From an uncultured bacterium (lineage in GTDB: Bacteria; Patescibacteriota; Patescibacteriia; Patescibacteriales; UBA12465), in NCBI GenBank assembly GCA_903874345.1, contig CAIQRY010000064.1, positions 1 through 50,479 on the forward strand: a stretch of DNA of 50,479 nt. The letters are read 5' to 3'. The first letter of the stretch is position 1. Each line of letters begins with the position of its first letter. Made by a program: the position numbers and the translations under genes. Below, one piece after another: positions 17,487-26,167 of the stretch. Below the pieces are notes generated by a model. It searched no databases. It was given only the letters and a program-made list of their open reading frames with translations, and was not told the DNA's origin.

Positions 17487-20400
17487 TTAGTGGGCAGGAA
17501 TTGAAGTCATTACTTCGGAAGATTTTAGACTTTCGTTGTTATAAGCATCTAAAGCCGTCAGGGCAAAATAATTATTACCAGCTGGAAACTGACTAGTATC
17601 AAAGGTTAAAGTCGTGGCCGTTGCCACGGAATCAAAAGATTCTCCGTATTGATGAGCAACAATACCATGATATAGACGATATAAAACTGTGTCATCAGAA
17701 TTAGCATCCCAAGTAAACGTTATTTTACTATTATCAACCGGAACACCAGGATGAATAATTTTAGGCTGAATAATAAAACCTAATGGCACGACGGGAGGCG
17801 TCTGGTCAGTCGGAGTCGTCGTTTTTTCATTGGATAGTTGGCTCTCGGTCTGATTGACCGACACAACCGAAACCTTGAAAATATAGCTCTGGTTATTAGT
17901 TAAGCCACTAATAACCGTACTACAGGTATAAACATTACTAGTTAATGTGCAGCTCGCGAGCGTAACTGGTTTGACCATTAAAGTTCCCTGCCCGGATTTT
18001 AAATAATAAATTTTAAAAGAAGCTACTTGGCTGGCGCTTGAGTTCCAGTCAACTTTAACTTCGCCGCCAGTTTTTTCATCGGTAGCATTAATTATTTCCC
18101 CGGCGTTCGGAATAGTTTCCCGGAAAAAATACGATTCTTTAAGAACGTCCCAGACACAAAGACCGTCTGCTTGGCCATCACCATTTTTATCCGTGCCGCA
18201 GGCCGCGCCTAAATTACTGCAAGGCGCATGGTCGGCGCTACAAATTAAACTTGTGTTCTGGCCGCGCGTCACGGCTTGATTAACAATCGCGGGTAAATCA
18301 TCTAAAGTTCCAGTTTTACCTAAATCGCGACAATAATAAAATTTATAATTGTAATTGCTACAATTTCCGCTACCGGCCAAACAATTACTACCCGTATCAT
18401 TCCAGGGCGACCAGGTACCGTTAAGGGCAATTGGCGGCCAAGGATTATTGCAAACAAAAACGTAGAGATCGGCGGCTTTATTTACTTGATCGCCATTCGA
18501 ATAAACATTGCAACAATTATTATTGCAATTTGAACCGGTACAAGAGCAGCTCGGACTACTGTCACAACTCGCACCCAAGAAACGGGTCATGTCGACTTTA
18601 GCCGTAATCTGCGTTGAATTATCCGTTACCCCGGCTTGCGCCGTAGCAAAAGATTGATTGACTGGTAGACTGGGCACCGCGCTAAGCGCGGCCACACTGG
18701 GGTCGGCAATTTGCCATTTATAGTCCCAGAAATAACCGGTCACAGGTTGTAAAATCTGATTATCCGAGCTATAAGCCCAGGTCGTGAAGACTTTGTCGCG
18801 ATCAGAAACCGTATCAAAAGTTTTGTCATTCGGATTAATATCATTTTCATTTAAAGCATTGTCCGTCGTCTTAAAGAGATACGAAACCGGATTAACCGTC
18901 ACGTGATCAACGGCGCAAATGCCGGCCTTTGGCCCCTGGTCTGATAAAGTAGTAAATTTAAAAATCTGAGAATTTTTATAAGACTTGTTATTAAATTTAA
19001 TTAAGTCGCCGGCAACATAGGTACCGGAAGAGGGGTCAAAATAACCGGGGCCAGTAAAACCAATTTCTTGGAGACTTAACACGCCGGATTGGCTATTTAA
19101 ATTTTCATCCCCTTTCACGACTAAATAATAATTACTCGAAGCGGCTAATAGGCGCTGGGGCATAAAAACAAGCGCCGTGCTACTCCCTTCATTTTCCGAG
19201 CTGACCGTTCCTGGTACGGCACAATATAAATGTTCGGCCGGAGGCGTATTGTTCGAGGCGAGTACGCTGCCGCTCAAACGACCAACTAAATTTTTAACTG
19301 TTAAAGATACTTGCCAATACCAACGTGTTAAAAAATTGGCATTTTTATAAGCTAATAAATCTTGCAAAGAATTACCTTTAGCTATAAAGGTACCGGCGGG
19401 GCAAACACCATTGGCATAGCTTCTTTCTTCTAGTAATAAAATGTTACTAAAAGATGTAATATCCATATTCTGATTAAAGTTAACCTTAACGACGGCATTA
19501 CGACAAACATTAGTTGCTAAATGAGGTGGCGTTGTGGAAGCAATTTCCGGACGAGCCTGACAGCAAGTATCTGTGCCGCAACCCACGGTACTTGGTGAGC
19601 CGCATTCGTTGTCGCTACTGCAACCGCAACATAAACCGCGGCTCGCACCAGAGCAGTTACCTTTATCAGCTAAACATTTTAAATTTGGATTAAGAGCCGT
19701 ACAAGCGTCATTCGCCTGTCCCGGCTTACAGCAACAAGTACCGCAATCCGGCTGCGATGTGCCCAAAGAACCAGAGGCAAGTAAACAGGCAAAACCCGGA
19801 AAATTACAAATTTCACTTTGACAGGTCGACGTGGCTACGCCTGCGCAAGACATGCCTGGCCCTTGCGGTGTATTTGCACAATAGTAAGAACAAGTATCAA
19901 TCGTAGGGTAAAGACCTAGTTTCGCCGGCGTCGAAGTCGCACATTTTGTCGGGTCACCCGGAGGTGTCGAAGACGCCGTCTGACAATTATAATAAGCGCA
20001 GTAGCCGGCATCAGCACTACCCGTTATTTTATCGCCTAAGCGACAAGCACCGCCGCCCGTCGCTTTGGCATCGAAGCAACAACGCGTACTTTTCGCCAAA
20101 CAAGAAGTCATGTCCGTAATTCCGGCACAAGGATCCGCGTTTTGACAATCAGTAATACAGGTTTGTTGATTTGGATAAGTTCCAATTTTAACCGGCGTGG
20201 TCGTGGCGCATTTAGTCGGTTCAGTCGCAGAACAATCATAATAAGCGCAATAACCAAAATCGATACTGCTCGGATTATTCGATATTAATTGACCACTCCC
20301 ACCGCGACAAACATCGTCCGCAGTTGATGGCGTTTTATTAGCGTCTAAACAACAAGCGCTAGAGTGATCTGTACAATTTTGAGCTGACAAGCCGGTGCAA

Positions 20401-23333
20401 TCCGAACAAACGCCATCCGGGAATTGAGCATTATTAATATCGCAATACTGTCCGCTATGTCCGGTACAATTACAAGCGGCGTCTCGTGCTTCCGGTGTCG
20501 CCCCGGCTGATTTACAACCACCGCAACGACCTAAAGTCGCACCGCTCGTCTTGCCTGTGTCTGCGCCGCAAGTACCTTCGCACTGCAAACCAGCACAGCA
20601 ATCACGCGCGCTCTGGCCAATCTGACAACAACAATCGCAACTCGGCTGTTTAAGTGTAAAACATTTATCATGACCGCTCGTCGCGTCCGCTTCACAGGTC
20701 GAACCGGCCGCACAAATAGAACCAGACGTACAACGCCCCGCGGAACCAATTTTATTGCAAGTCAGCGGCGAACTACAGATTTCGCAAGAACCGGACACAC
20801 AACGATTACCCGTGGATTTAGTCCAGCCATCCGGACAACGTCCGGCCACTGTTATCTCCCATTGTTTATCTGAATTACAAGTTTCGGTTGTCGTTGCTGT
20901 TATGGTTTTACCACCCGCCACGTATTGATAAGTAAACTCTTGTGCTAAATCACAATTCGCGCCCGTCCCGTTTTTCAAACAACGTCCGGAAACAGAATCA
21001 TAACTACAATTATTCGGAGCGAAATCACCACAACCCGAAACCGAGGCGCAAGTTGAATCACAATCGCCGGCCGCCACTTTAGTTCCGCCGGAATAAGGCG
21101 AACAAGTGCCTGGTACATTGGGGCAAGTCGCGCCGTTTTGGCAAGAACCATAATAACCAGCCGCGCCCGCGCAACTGTAAAGACTCGGACCGAAACCAGT
21201 TGAAAAACTCCATTCAAAAACCGAAGTCGGGATATTAATAAAACATTCCGCCAAGGTATTGGCGCAACGTCCTTTTTTATAAGTACTCGCCGGACAACAA
21301 ATCTGCGTCCCGCAATCCGCATCAACATGACATTCGCCCATTAGGAAATTCAATTCATTACCCCAGGTACTATTATTTACGACATGAACCGGGCCAGTAA
21401 TCGCTCCATCCGGAACCGTGGTCTGAATCATATTAGCGCGACCATCAACCGCAATCGTCCCGGTCGCGGATTTATCATAATTAAATTTCACCAAACCCTC
21501 ATCGCCAACGCGACCAAAATATTCACCCCATAAAGTCACGGGTGTCGCGGCCGGACCACGACTCGGATCAATTCTACATAAACTAGTTTTCAAAGCTAAA
21601 TTCTTATCGGCCTGAAAAGTATTTGGATTAAGTCCCTGGGTATCTATAGTTGTCGCGCCCAAACTGACTTTAATCGTATAATTACCATCTGCTAAACCGG
21701 CCGGTACTTTAACAATAATTTGATCATCCCGCCAAACCGCATTCAAACAAACATCCGGAAAATCATAAGAGGCTTCGGTGTTACCGAAGTAAACATGATT
21801 ATTGCCACGCGCGCCACCAAAACCATAACCGCGAATCGTCACGTATTGCCCGGCCGAACCGGCCGTCGGCGTAAAAGAAATAATGTATGGTCCCTCGCCC
21901 TGCTCTGGCTCTTTAACAAAGCTTAAAAAATTACTCGGAACGCGATTACCATTAATATTATTAATAACAAAACTGCCCGAGTCACCAGCCCGGATATTCG
22001 GCGTGGTCGAAGTTCCGGCTAAACCGGCTGGACTATTAAACTGCGAATCTAAACCGCGGACGTTCGCCTGATAATTACCAAAATAAGCATTACCAGAGTA
22101 AAGATTAATGCCTTCGTAGCCAACCGCCGAGCTTAATTGTCCTTTGTCCGGACTTAAATAACATAGACCAGGACGCGCGATGACGTTTGCTTCAAAATCT
22201 GGAATCTGCGGACCATAAGTATTATCAGTCGTGTCATTAAAATTATCTTTATTAACAACTTTGATTGGTCCGTTAGTCACGCCGCCCGGTACAGCAATTA
22301 CAATTTGCGTATCGGTCCAAGAATTAATACAAGCCGGATTTAAAGTTTGGGGTGCTACGCCTAATTGCGGGCTGTTTGCCCCTTCAAAAATTAATTGACT
22401 ACCGGTGGCCGAATAAGTACCAAAATTCTTACCGGAAATAGTAATAAAATTATCCGGAGCACCGTTCGGGCTGGCCGTATTACAAGTCGTGGCGCAATCG
22501 CTATCTTGCGTACAAACCTTATTGCGATCTTCCTGACAAAAACCGCCGACCGGACTAATCGCCGTAATGACTGGCGTCCCGGTACAAAGGCAGGAGCTCG
22601 GATCACAAGTTAAATAAGCCCCGCAACGATTATTGTCCGGCTGGCAAGTCGCATTAGTCGTGTCTAGATTGCAAGCCTGGCCTGAACCAGATTGCGGTAC
22701 GCACAAACAAGAAGTTGGATCGCAGTAATTACCAGTGGCGCAAATTTGATTTAAAGGCGAACAAATCGGTGAAGCCGGGTTAGCGTTACAAACCGTGGGC
22801 CCGCCGCCGCCTGAACAATTTGAACCGATACAACCACCCCAGGAGTTACCATAACAAGTCATGTACCCGCCGCAACCACAAGAGGCTGTACTGCCATCCG
22901 TGCAACCGCTACCGCTACCGCTACCACCAATCGCCCCGCCTAAAGCCGAAATAATAAAAGTGGCAATAGCCCAAGAAGCTAAAATAATTCCTAAGCCGAT
23001 TACGGCACTCTTCAAAAGTTTCTTGGCTTCTTCAACTTTTTCTTCATCGCCGTTTGAGGTCATCCATTTAAACCCGCCGTAAACAATAATTAATAAAGCA
23101 ATGGTTCCTAAAAAGCCGAGGGCTAGATTAATAATACGAGCGATAATCGTCCGTAAATCAGTGCCGCCACCTGGTAGTGAGTTATTCAAACCATTAGCCG
23201 CGGCGTTAATTCCATAATCCTGTGCCAAAGCGAAATGTGCCATTAACAGGCCTCCCAATAAGAAGCCTAGAAAAACCAAGATTTTTTTACGGTTGATTTT
23301 AAACACAAAGTATATAAATTTTTGACTCAACAA
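17487..23333 (-). CDS. Giant surface protein (1948 aa): VirB2/TrbC-like pilin hairpin + Cys-rich modules + IPT/TIG-like repeats + SbsA/Ig-like domain + two C-terminal FN3-like domains
   Basis: Uninterrupted ORF. The track start is TTG at 23333, 3 nt after the upstream stop; GTG at 23306 (MFKINRKKILVF...) is an equally good start. IPT-like PYIISFTPTAGSAGQYVTIRGYGFG and RIDPSRGPAATPVTLWGEYFG. About 120 Cys by hand count. FN3-like VKVDWNSSASQVASFKIYY...YIFKVSVVS and ITFTWDANSDDTVLYRLYHG...YNNES. Confidence 0.9.
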   Translation of the reverse strand: MLSQKFIYFVFKINRKKILVFLGFLLGGLLMAHFALAQDYGINAAANGLNNSLPGGGTDLRTIIARIINLALGFLGTIALLIIVYGGFKWMTSNGDEEKVEEAKKLLKSAVIGLGIILASWAIATFIISALGGAIGGSGSGSGCTDGSTASCGCGGYMTCYGNSWGGCIGSNCSGGGGPTVCNANPASPICSPLNQICATGNYCDPTSCLCVPQSGSGQACNLDTTNATCQPDNNRCGAYLTCDPSSCLCTGTPVITAISPVGGFCQEDRNKVCTQDSDCATTCNTASPNGAPDNFITISGKNFGTYSATGSQLIFEGANSPQLGVAPQTLNPACINSWTDTQIVIAVPGGVTNGPIKVVNKDNFNDTTDNTYGPQIPDFEANVIARPGLCYLSPDKGQLSSAVGYEGINLYSGNAYFGNYQANVRGLDSQFNSPAGLAGTSTTPNIRAGDSGSFVINNINGNRVPSNFLSFVKEPEQGEGPYIISFTPTAGSAGQYVTIRGYGFGGARGNNHVYFGNTEASYDFPDVCLNAVWRDDQIIVKVPAGLADGNYTIKVSLGATTIDTQGLNPNTFQADKNLALKTSLCRIDPSRGPAATPVTLWGEYFGRVGDEGLVKFNYDKSATGTIAVDGRANMIQTTVPDGAITGPVHVVNNSTWGNELNFLMGECHVDADCGTQICCPASTYKKGRCANTLAECFINIPTSVFEWSFSTGFGPSLYSCAGAAGYYGSCQNGATCPNVPGTCSPYSGGTKVAAGDCDSTCASVSGCGDFAPNNCSYDSVSGRCLKNGTGANCDLAQEFTYQYVAGGKTITATTTETCNSDKQWEITVAGRCPDGWTKSTGNRCVSGSCEICSSPLTCNKIGSAGRCTSGSICAAGSTCEADATSGHDKCFTLKQPSCDCCCQIGQSARDCCAGLQCEGTCGADTGKTSGATLGRCGGCKSAGATPEARDAACNCTGHSGQYCDINNAQFPDGVCSDCTGLSAQNCTDHSSACCLDANKTPSTADDVCRGGSGQLISNNPSSIDFGYCAYYDCSATEPTKCATTTPVKIGTYPNQQTCITDCQNADPCAGITDMTSCLAKSTRCCFDAKATGGGACRLGDKITGSADAGYCAYYNCQTASSTPPGDPTKCATSTPAKLGLYPTIDTCSYYCANTPQGPGMSCAGVATSTCQSEICNFPGFACLLASGSLGTSQPDCGTCCCKPGQANDACTALNPNLKCLADKGNCSGASRGLCCGCSSDNECGSPSTVGCGTDTCCQARPEIASTTPPHLATNVCRNAVVKVNFNQNMDITSFSNILLLEERSYANGVCPAGTFIAKGNSLQDLLAYKNANFLTRWYWQVSLTVKNLVGRLSGSVLASNNTPPAEHLYCAVPGTVSSENEGSSTALVFMPQRLLAASSNYYLVVKGDENLNSQSGVLSLQEIGFTGPGYFDPSSGTYVAGDLIKFNNKSYKNSQIFKFTTLSDQGPKAGICAVDHVTVNPVSYLFKTTDNALNENDINPNDKTFDTVSDRDKVFTTWAYSSDNQILQPVTGYFWDYKWQIADPSVAALSAVPSLPVNQSFATAQAGVTDNSTQITAKVDMTRFLGASCDSSPSCSCTGSNCNNNCCNVYSNGDQVNKAADLYVFVCNNPWPPIALNGTWSPWNDTGSNCLAGSGNCSNYNYKFYYCRDLGKTGTLDDLPAIVNQAVTRGQNTSLICSADHAPCSNLGAACGTDKNGDGQADGLCVWDVLKESYFFRETIPNAGEIINATDEKTGGEVKVDWNSSASQVASFKIYYLKSGQGTLMVKPVTLASCTLTSNVYTCSTVISGLTNNQSYIFKVSVVSVNQTESQLSNEKTTTPTDQTPPVVPLGFIIQPKIIHPGVPVDNSKITFTWDANSDDTVLYRLYHGIVAHQYGESFDSVATATTLTFDTSQFPAGNNYFALTALDAYNNESLKSSEVMTSIPAH
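19875..20354 (-). repeat. Intragenic tandem duplication of a ~70-aa Cys-rich module in the 1948-aa gene
   Basis: aa 994-1065 CCLDANK...GYCAYYDCSATEPTKCATTTPVKIGTYPNQQTCITDCQN (20139-20354) versus aa 1085-1153 CCFDAKA...GYCAYYNCQTASSTPPGDPTKCATSTPAKLGLYPTIDTCSYYCAN (19875-20081). Confidence 0.65.
22929..23285 (-). other. VirB2/TrbC-like (T4SS-pilin-like) two-helix hairpin module, N-terminus of the 1948-aa protein
   Basis: Signal peptide ...HFALA|QDYGINA, helix IIARIINLALGFLGTIALLIIVYGGF, charged loop KWMTSNGDEEKVEEAKKLLKS, helix AVIGLGIILASWAIATFIISAL, then a GSGSGSG linker. Confidence 0.55.
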
Positions 23334-23336
23334 ATT

Positions 23337-26042
23337 TTATTGGCAATTACCGTCCACGCCTAAAGTGCTAGTCAGGGCGCCAAAACAGCAAGACGGTTGA
23401 CTCGCGGTCGCCGCGCAATTCGGACCAGCCGACGGTTTATAACAATTCTGATAAATATCTTTAACGCCAGATCCAACTTGTGCCTTATAACTGACCGAAG
23501 CAGAAAAAGCGGAGTGATTAATTTTGGAAACCGTCATATCGGGCACGCCATCTAAAGGAGCCGTATCTAAATTATCATTTAAGACCCAATAACCTAGGGG
23601 TTCGGTCGATAAACTACGTAAATTTATTAATTTATGTTCAATCGTGCTAGTCCCGCTTTGAATCAAGACGCTACCCGTGCGGAGCGTGCTATTCATCATT
23701 AAAGTATTAAAAGTAATTGCTACCGGGTCGGCTAAATTCAAACCGCTTTGACTCTGGGCTGGGTTAGTCGTCGTAATAAGCGGCGTACCGGACATAATCT
23801 GGTCATTAACATAGAAGGACCATAGGAATTTATCTTCTCGGCCGGCATTGAGTTCGGGATGATAGTTAACATTATAGTTATCACTATAGAAAGAGATTGG
23901 TCCGGCTGCGGCCGTATCGCGATTACCATCTAAAGAATTCATGGCCGCGTCGACGATGCCATCTAAGCTACTGATATTAGCCGTCGGATAATTTTGGCCA
24001 CTATCGTTCTGACAAGTTTGATAACCGAGCGGCGTCGAGGAACAATTCTTATAAGGGGCGAGCGGCAAACATTCGCTACTGTTCGTACAAGTTTTTAAAT
24101 TGGCGGCGACGAGCTTAACCGCTAAATGACTATTAGCTGGCAAACAATAAATTTTTTCGCCGCAGCCGTTAACCCCGCATTCGTTATCTGATAAAAATTC
24201 CACCGTTCTATAACCGTTTGAAACTATGAATTTACCGCCGACATAATCGCCAACGCAAGTATTGTTACTGCATTTATAAGACTGGCAATCACTATTCTTA
24301 ACGCAAGCGGCGGCGGCCGGGCTCGAAGAGGCATCAGCATTCACAATGCGCAAATAAGGCGCTAATTCCGCGGCCGTTCCGGAAATAGTCATGGGATTAA
24401 CCGCTTCATTGAAATTAATCTGAATGACCGAGTTCATGGGGTTATCTCTCTTATCATTAACATTAGTCGTAATTATTTGATCGACGCCGCCGGAAAAAGC
24501 GCGGAGTCCCAAGGCGGCCGCATTAGTCGTTTGCAAAACAAGGTTATTACCATCCGCACCCGCAACCTTCGCTGTTAAATTCACGCGATTACCGGTTCGG
24601 GCCACATCAATATCGCTATTACCACTTAATTTTCCTTCTAAATTAAGCGCCACCGCATTCTTATCACAGGCGCCATTAGGCACTAAAACATTATTATTTA
24701 AATTATTAACGGCAAAAGTATAAAGCTCGGCGCCGACTAAAACCGTATCCGCTAATTGCTCAGGAATAATATCAACCGTCCATAAACTACCCGCTGGATG
24801 ACTCGGCGCGGTCAAACTTAAGTAATTAGGAAAAGTAACCAGACCATTACCATCAAAATTAGACACGCCTAATAAATTATTAGTTGCCCCGTCAAATAAT
24901 TGGGCCTTATCAGTCTCGCCGGCCGGAACCGCAATCTTAAACTGGGCAAGATTACCATGATAATTCAAAGCCACATTCGCGGTCGCCGGGCTAATCGTCT
25001 TAACCGTGGCCGCGGCATAAGTCGTCGGACAGTCGTTTACCGTAATCGCGCCGGTCGCGGCAATTGCGGGGATGGTTTGTTTGGCCGCATCCTTGAGATT
25101 GTCCGGAATTGGAAAAACGCCGCTCGGAGCGACAATAGGCGACGTTAAATCTAATTGGCTAGAAACCGTGAATTTCCATTCCGTATAATTAACGCTGCAA
25201 TTTTGAAAAATAGAATTACCTTCTTCATTTTTAATATTGTTGGTAAAACGAATGGTATAGGGTGTATTAGAAGTTGGTGAGCCCAAATAAGACATCGGGG
25301 TTAAAACTAAGGTCTTGTTACCGCTCGGGACAGAAACCAAAATATCCGTCACGTTCGTATTCGGGTTAGAGCAAGCGCTGCCGTTACAGGAATTACCTAA
25401 ATCAGTTTTGTATAAATTAATCGCGCGTGGATTAAGCTTCGTGCAATCAGTTTTATTACAAGCGCAACTAGCCCCACTATTATTAACACAAACCGAATCT
25501 AACTTTACCGCTTCTTTAAACGTCAACATGACCGAAGTATTGCGCGGCACTTCATTTTGACCGTCGGTCGGATAGTAACTATCAACCGCACAAGCACCAA
25601 TCGCGCCTAAGCCAACGCTTCCTAACCCACCATTGCCAGCGCCGACCTGATTACCGTTACCATTGCCGCCTAAAACCGCCGTGAGTTGTGTTAAGACAAA
25701 AGTCACAATAGCCCAAGAAGCTAAAATAATGACCAAACCAATAATCGCATCGCGCAAAGTTTTTTTCGCTGCCTCGATTTTGTCTTCTTCGCCGCCTGAA
25801 GTCATCCACTTAAACCCGGCATACATAATAATTACGAGAGCGAGCGCGCCTAAGAAACTCAAAGCGATTTGAATAATACGACCAATAATCAATCTCGGAT
25901 CTGATTGAGAAAGGTTAATGGTGTTATTCACGGCATTAATTCCATAATCCTGCGCCAAAGCAAAATTAGCCACCAACCATCCGGCCGCGCTCGTTAAAAT
26001 CGCTAGAATTAATTTCCCTGTTTTTCTCATGCCAGGAAACAA
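23337..26042 (-). CDS. Large surface protein (901 aa): VirB2/TrbC-like pilin hairpin + SbsA/Ig-like and beta-rich ectodomain; first gene of the surface operon
   Basis: The track start is TTG at 26042. ATG at 26030 (MRKTGKLILAILTSAAGWLVANFALA|QDYGINA) is the more likely start. SbsA_Ig-like segments VDSYYPTDGQNEVPRNTSVMLTFKEAV and NPMNSVIQINFNEAVNPMTI. About 26 Cys. Confidence 0.9.
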   Translation of the reverse strand: MFPGMRKTGKLILAILTSAAGWLVANFALAQDYGINAVNNTINLSQSDPRLIIGRIIQIALSFLGALALVIIMYAGFKWMTSGGEEDKIEAAKKTLRDAIIGLVIILASWAIVTFVLTQLTAVLGGNGNGNQVGAGNGGLGSVGLGAIGACAVDSYYPTDGQNEVPRNTSVMLTFKEAVKLDSVCVNNSGASCACNKTDCTKLNPRAINLYKTDLGNSCNGSACSNPNTNVTDILVSVPSGNKTLVLTPMSYLGSPTSNTPYTIRFTNNIKNEEGNSIFQNCSVNYTEWKFTVSSQLDLTSPIVAPSGVFPIPDNLKDAAKQTIPAIAATGAITVNDCPTTYAAATVKTISPATANVALNYHGNLAQFKIAVPAGETDKAQLFDGATNNLLGVSNFDGNGLVTFPNYLSLTAPSHPAGSLWTVDIIPEQLADTVLVGAELYTFAVNNLNNNVLVPNGACDKNAVALNLEGKLSGNSDIDVARTGNRVNLTAKVAGADGNNLVLQTTNAAALGLRAFSGGVDQIITTNVNDKRDNPMNSVIQINFNEAVNPMTISGTAAELAPYLRIVNADASSSPAAAACVKNSDCQSYKCSNNTCVGDYVGGKFIVSNGYRTVEFLSDNECGVNGCGEKIYCLPANSHLAVKLVAANLKTCTNSSECLPLAPYKNCSSTPLGYQTCQNDSGQNYPTANISSLDGIVDAAMNSLDGNRDTAAAGPISFYSDNYNVNYHPELNAGREDKFLWSFYVNDQIMSGTPLITTTNPAQSQSGLNLADPVAITFNTLMMNSTLRTGSVLIQSGTSTIEHKLINLRSLSTEPLGYWVLNDNLDTAPLDGVPDMTVSKINHSAFSASVSYKAQVGSGVKDIYQNCYKPSAGPNCAATASQPSCCFGALTSTLGVDGNCQ
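25668..26015 (-). other. VirB2/TrbC-like pilin hairpin module, N-terminus of the 901-aa protein (paralogue of 22929-23285)
   Basis: LIIGRIIQIALSFLGALALVIIMYAGFKWMTSGGEEDKIEAAKKTLRDAIIGLVIILASWAIVTFVL. By eye about two-thirds identical to the 1948-aa module. The shared DNA word atagcccaagaagctaaaataat occurs in both. Confidence 0.55.
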
Positions 26043-26067
26043 AAAATCTTTTAAATTATTCCTACTG

Positions 26068-26076
26068 TGATATAAT
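26068..26076 (+). promoter_or_regulatory. Extended -10 promoter TGATATAAT for rel (divergent)
   Basis: Plus-strand TGATATAAT about 92 nt upstream of the rel ATG at 26168. Confidence 0.4.
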
Positions 26077-26089
26077 TTAGGATGTCTTT

Positions 26090-26098
26090 ATTATAACA
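26090..26098 (-). promoter_or_regulatory. Extended -10 promoter TGTTATAAT for the surface-protein operon
   Basis: The minus strand reads TATGTTATAATAAAG, 48-60 nt upstream of the first start codon. Confidence 0.45.
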
Positions 26099-26100
26099 TA

Positions 26101-26139
26101 AAAAACAAAAAATAAAAAAGCCCGCTGCGGTAGCGAGGC
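26101..26139 (-). terminator. Terminator-like hairpin on the minus strand (also a 5'-UTR hairpin of rel on the plus strand)
   Basis: GCCCGCT (26120-26126) / AGCGAGGC (26132-26139): 7 bp plus one bulge. On the minus strand it is followed by TTTTTTATTTTTTGTTTTT. Confidence 0.35.
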
Positions 26140-26167
26140 TAGCCCACTTGACCATTAAGCAAAAGAT

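Noticed and set aside
22908-22925. Tandem hexanucleotide repeat (gctacc x3)
   Set aside because: It simply encodes the GSGSGSG linker after the pilin-like hairpin. It is not a CRISPR or a regulatory repeat.
14192-25872. Numerous 60-120-aa ORFs on the plus strand or in other minus frames inside the three giant genes (for example 14680-15042, 20975-21328, 22391-22613, 24900-25148)
   Set aside because: They lie wholly inside long uninterrupted ORFs with coherent domain structure. Their products are low-complexity Arg/Pro/Val-rich mirror translations of Cys/Gly/Thr codons. These are shadow ORFs.
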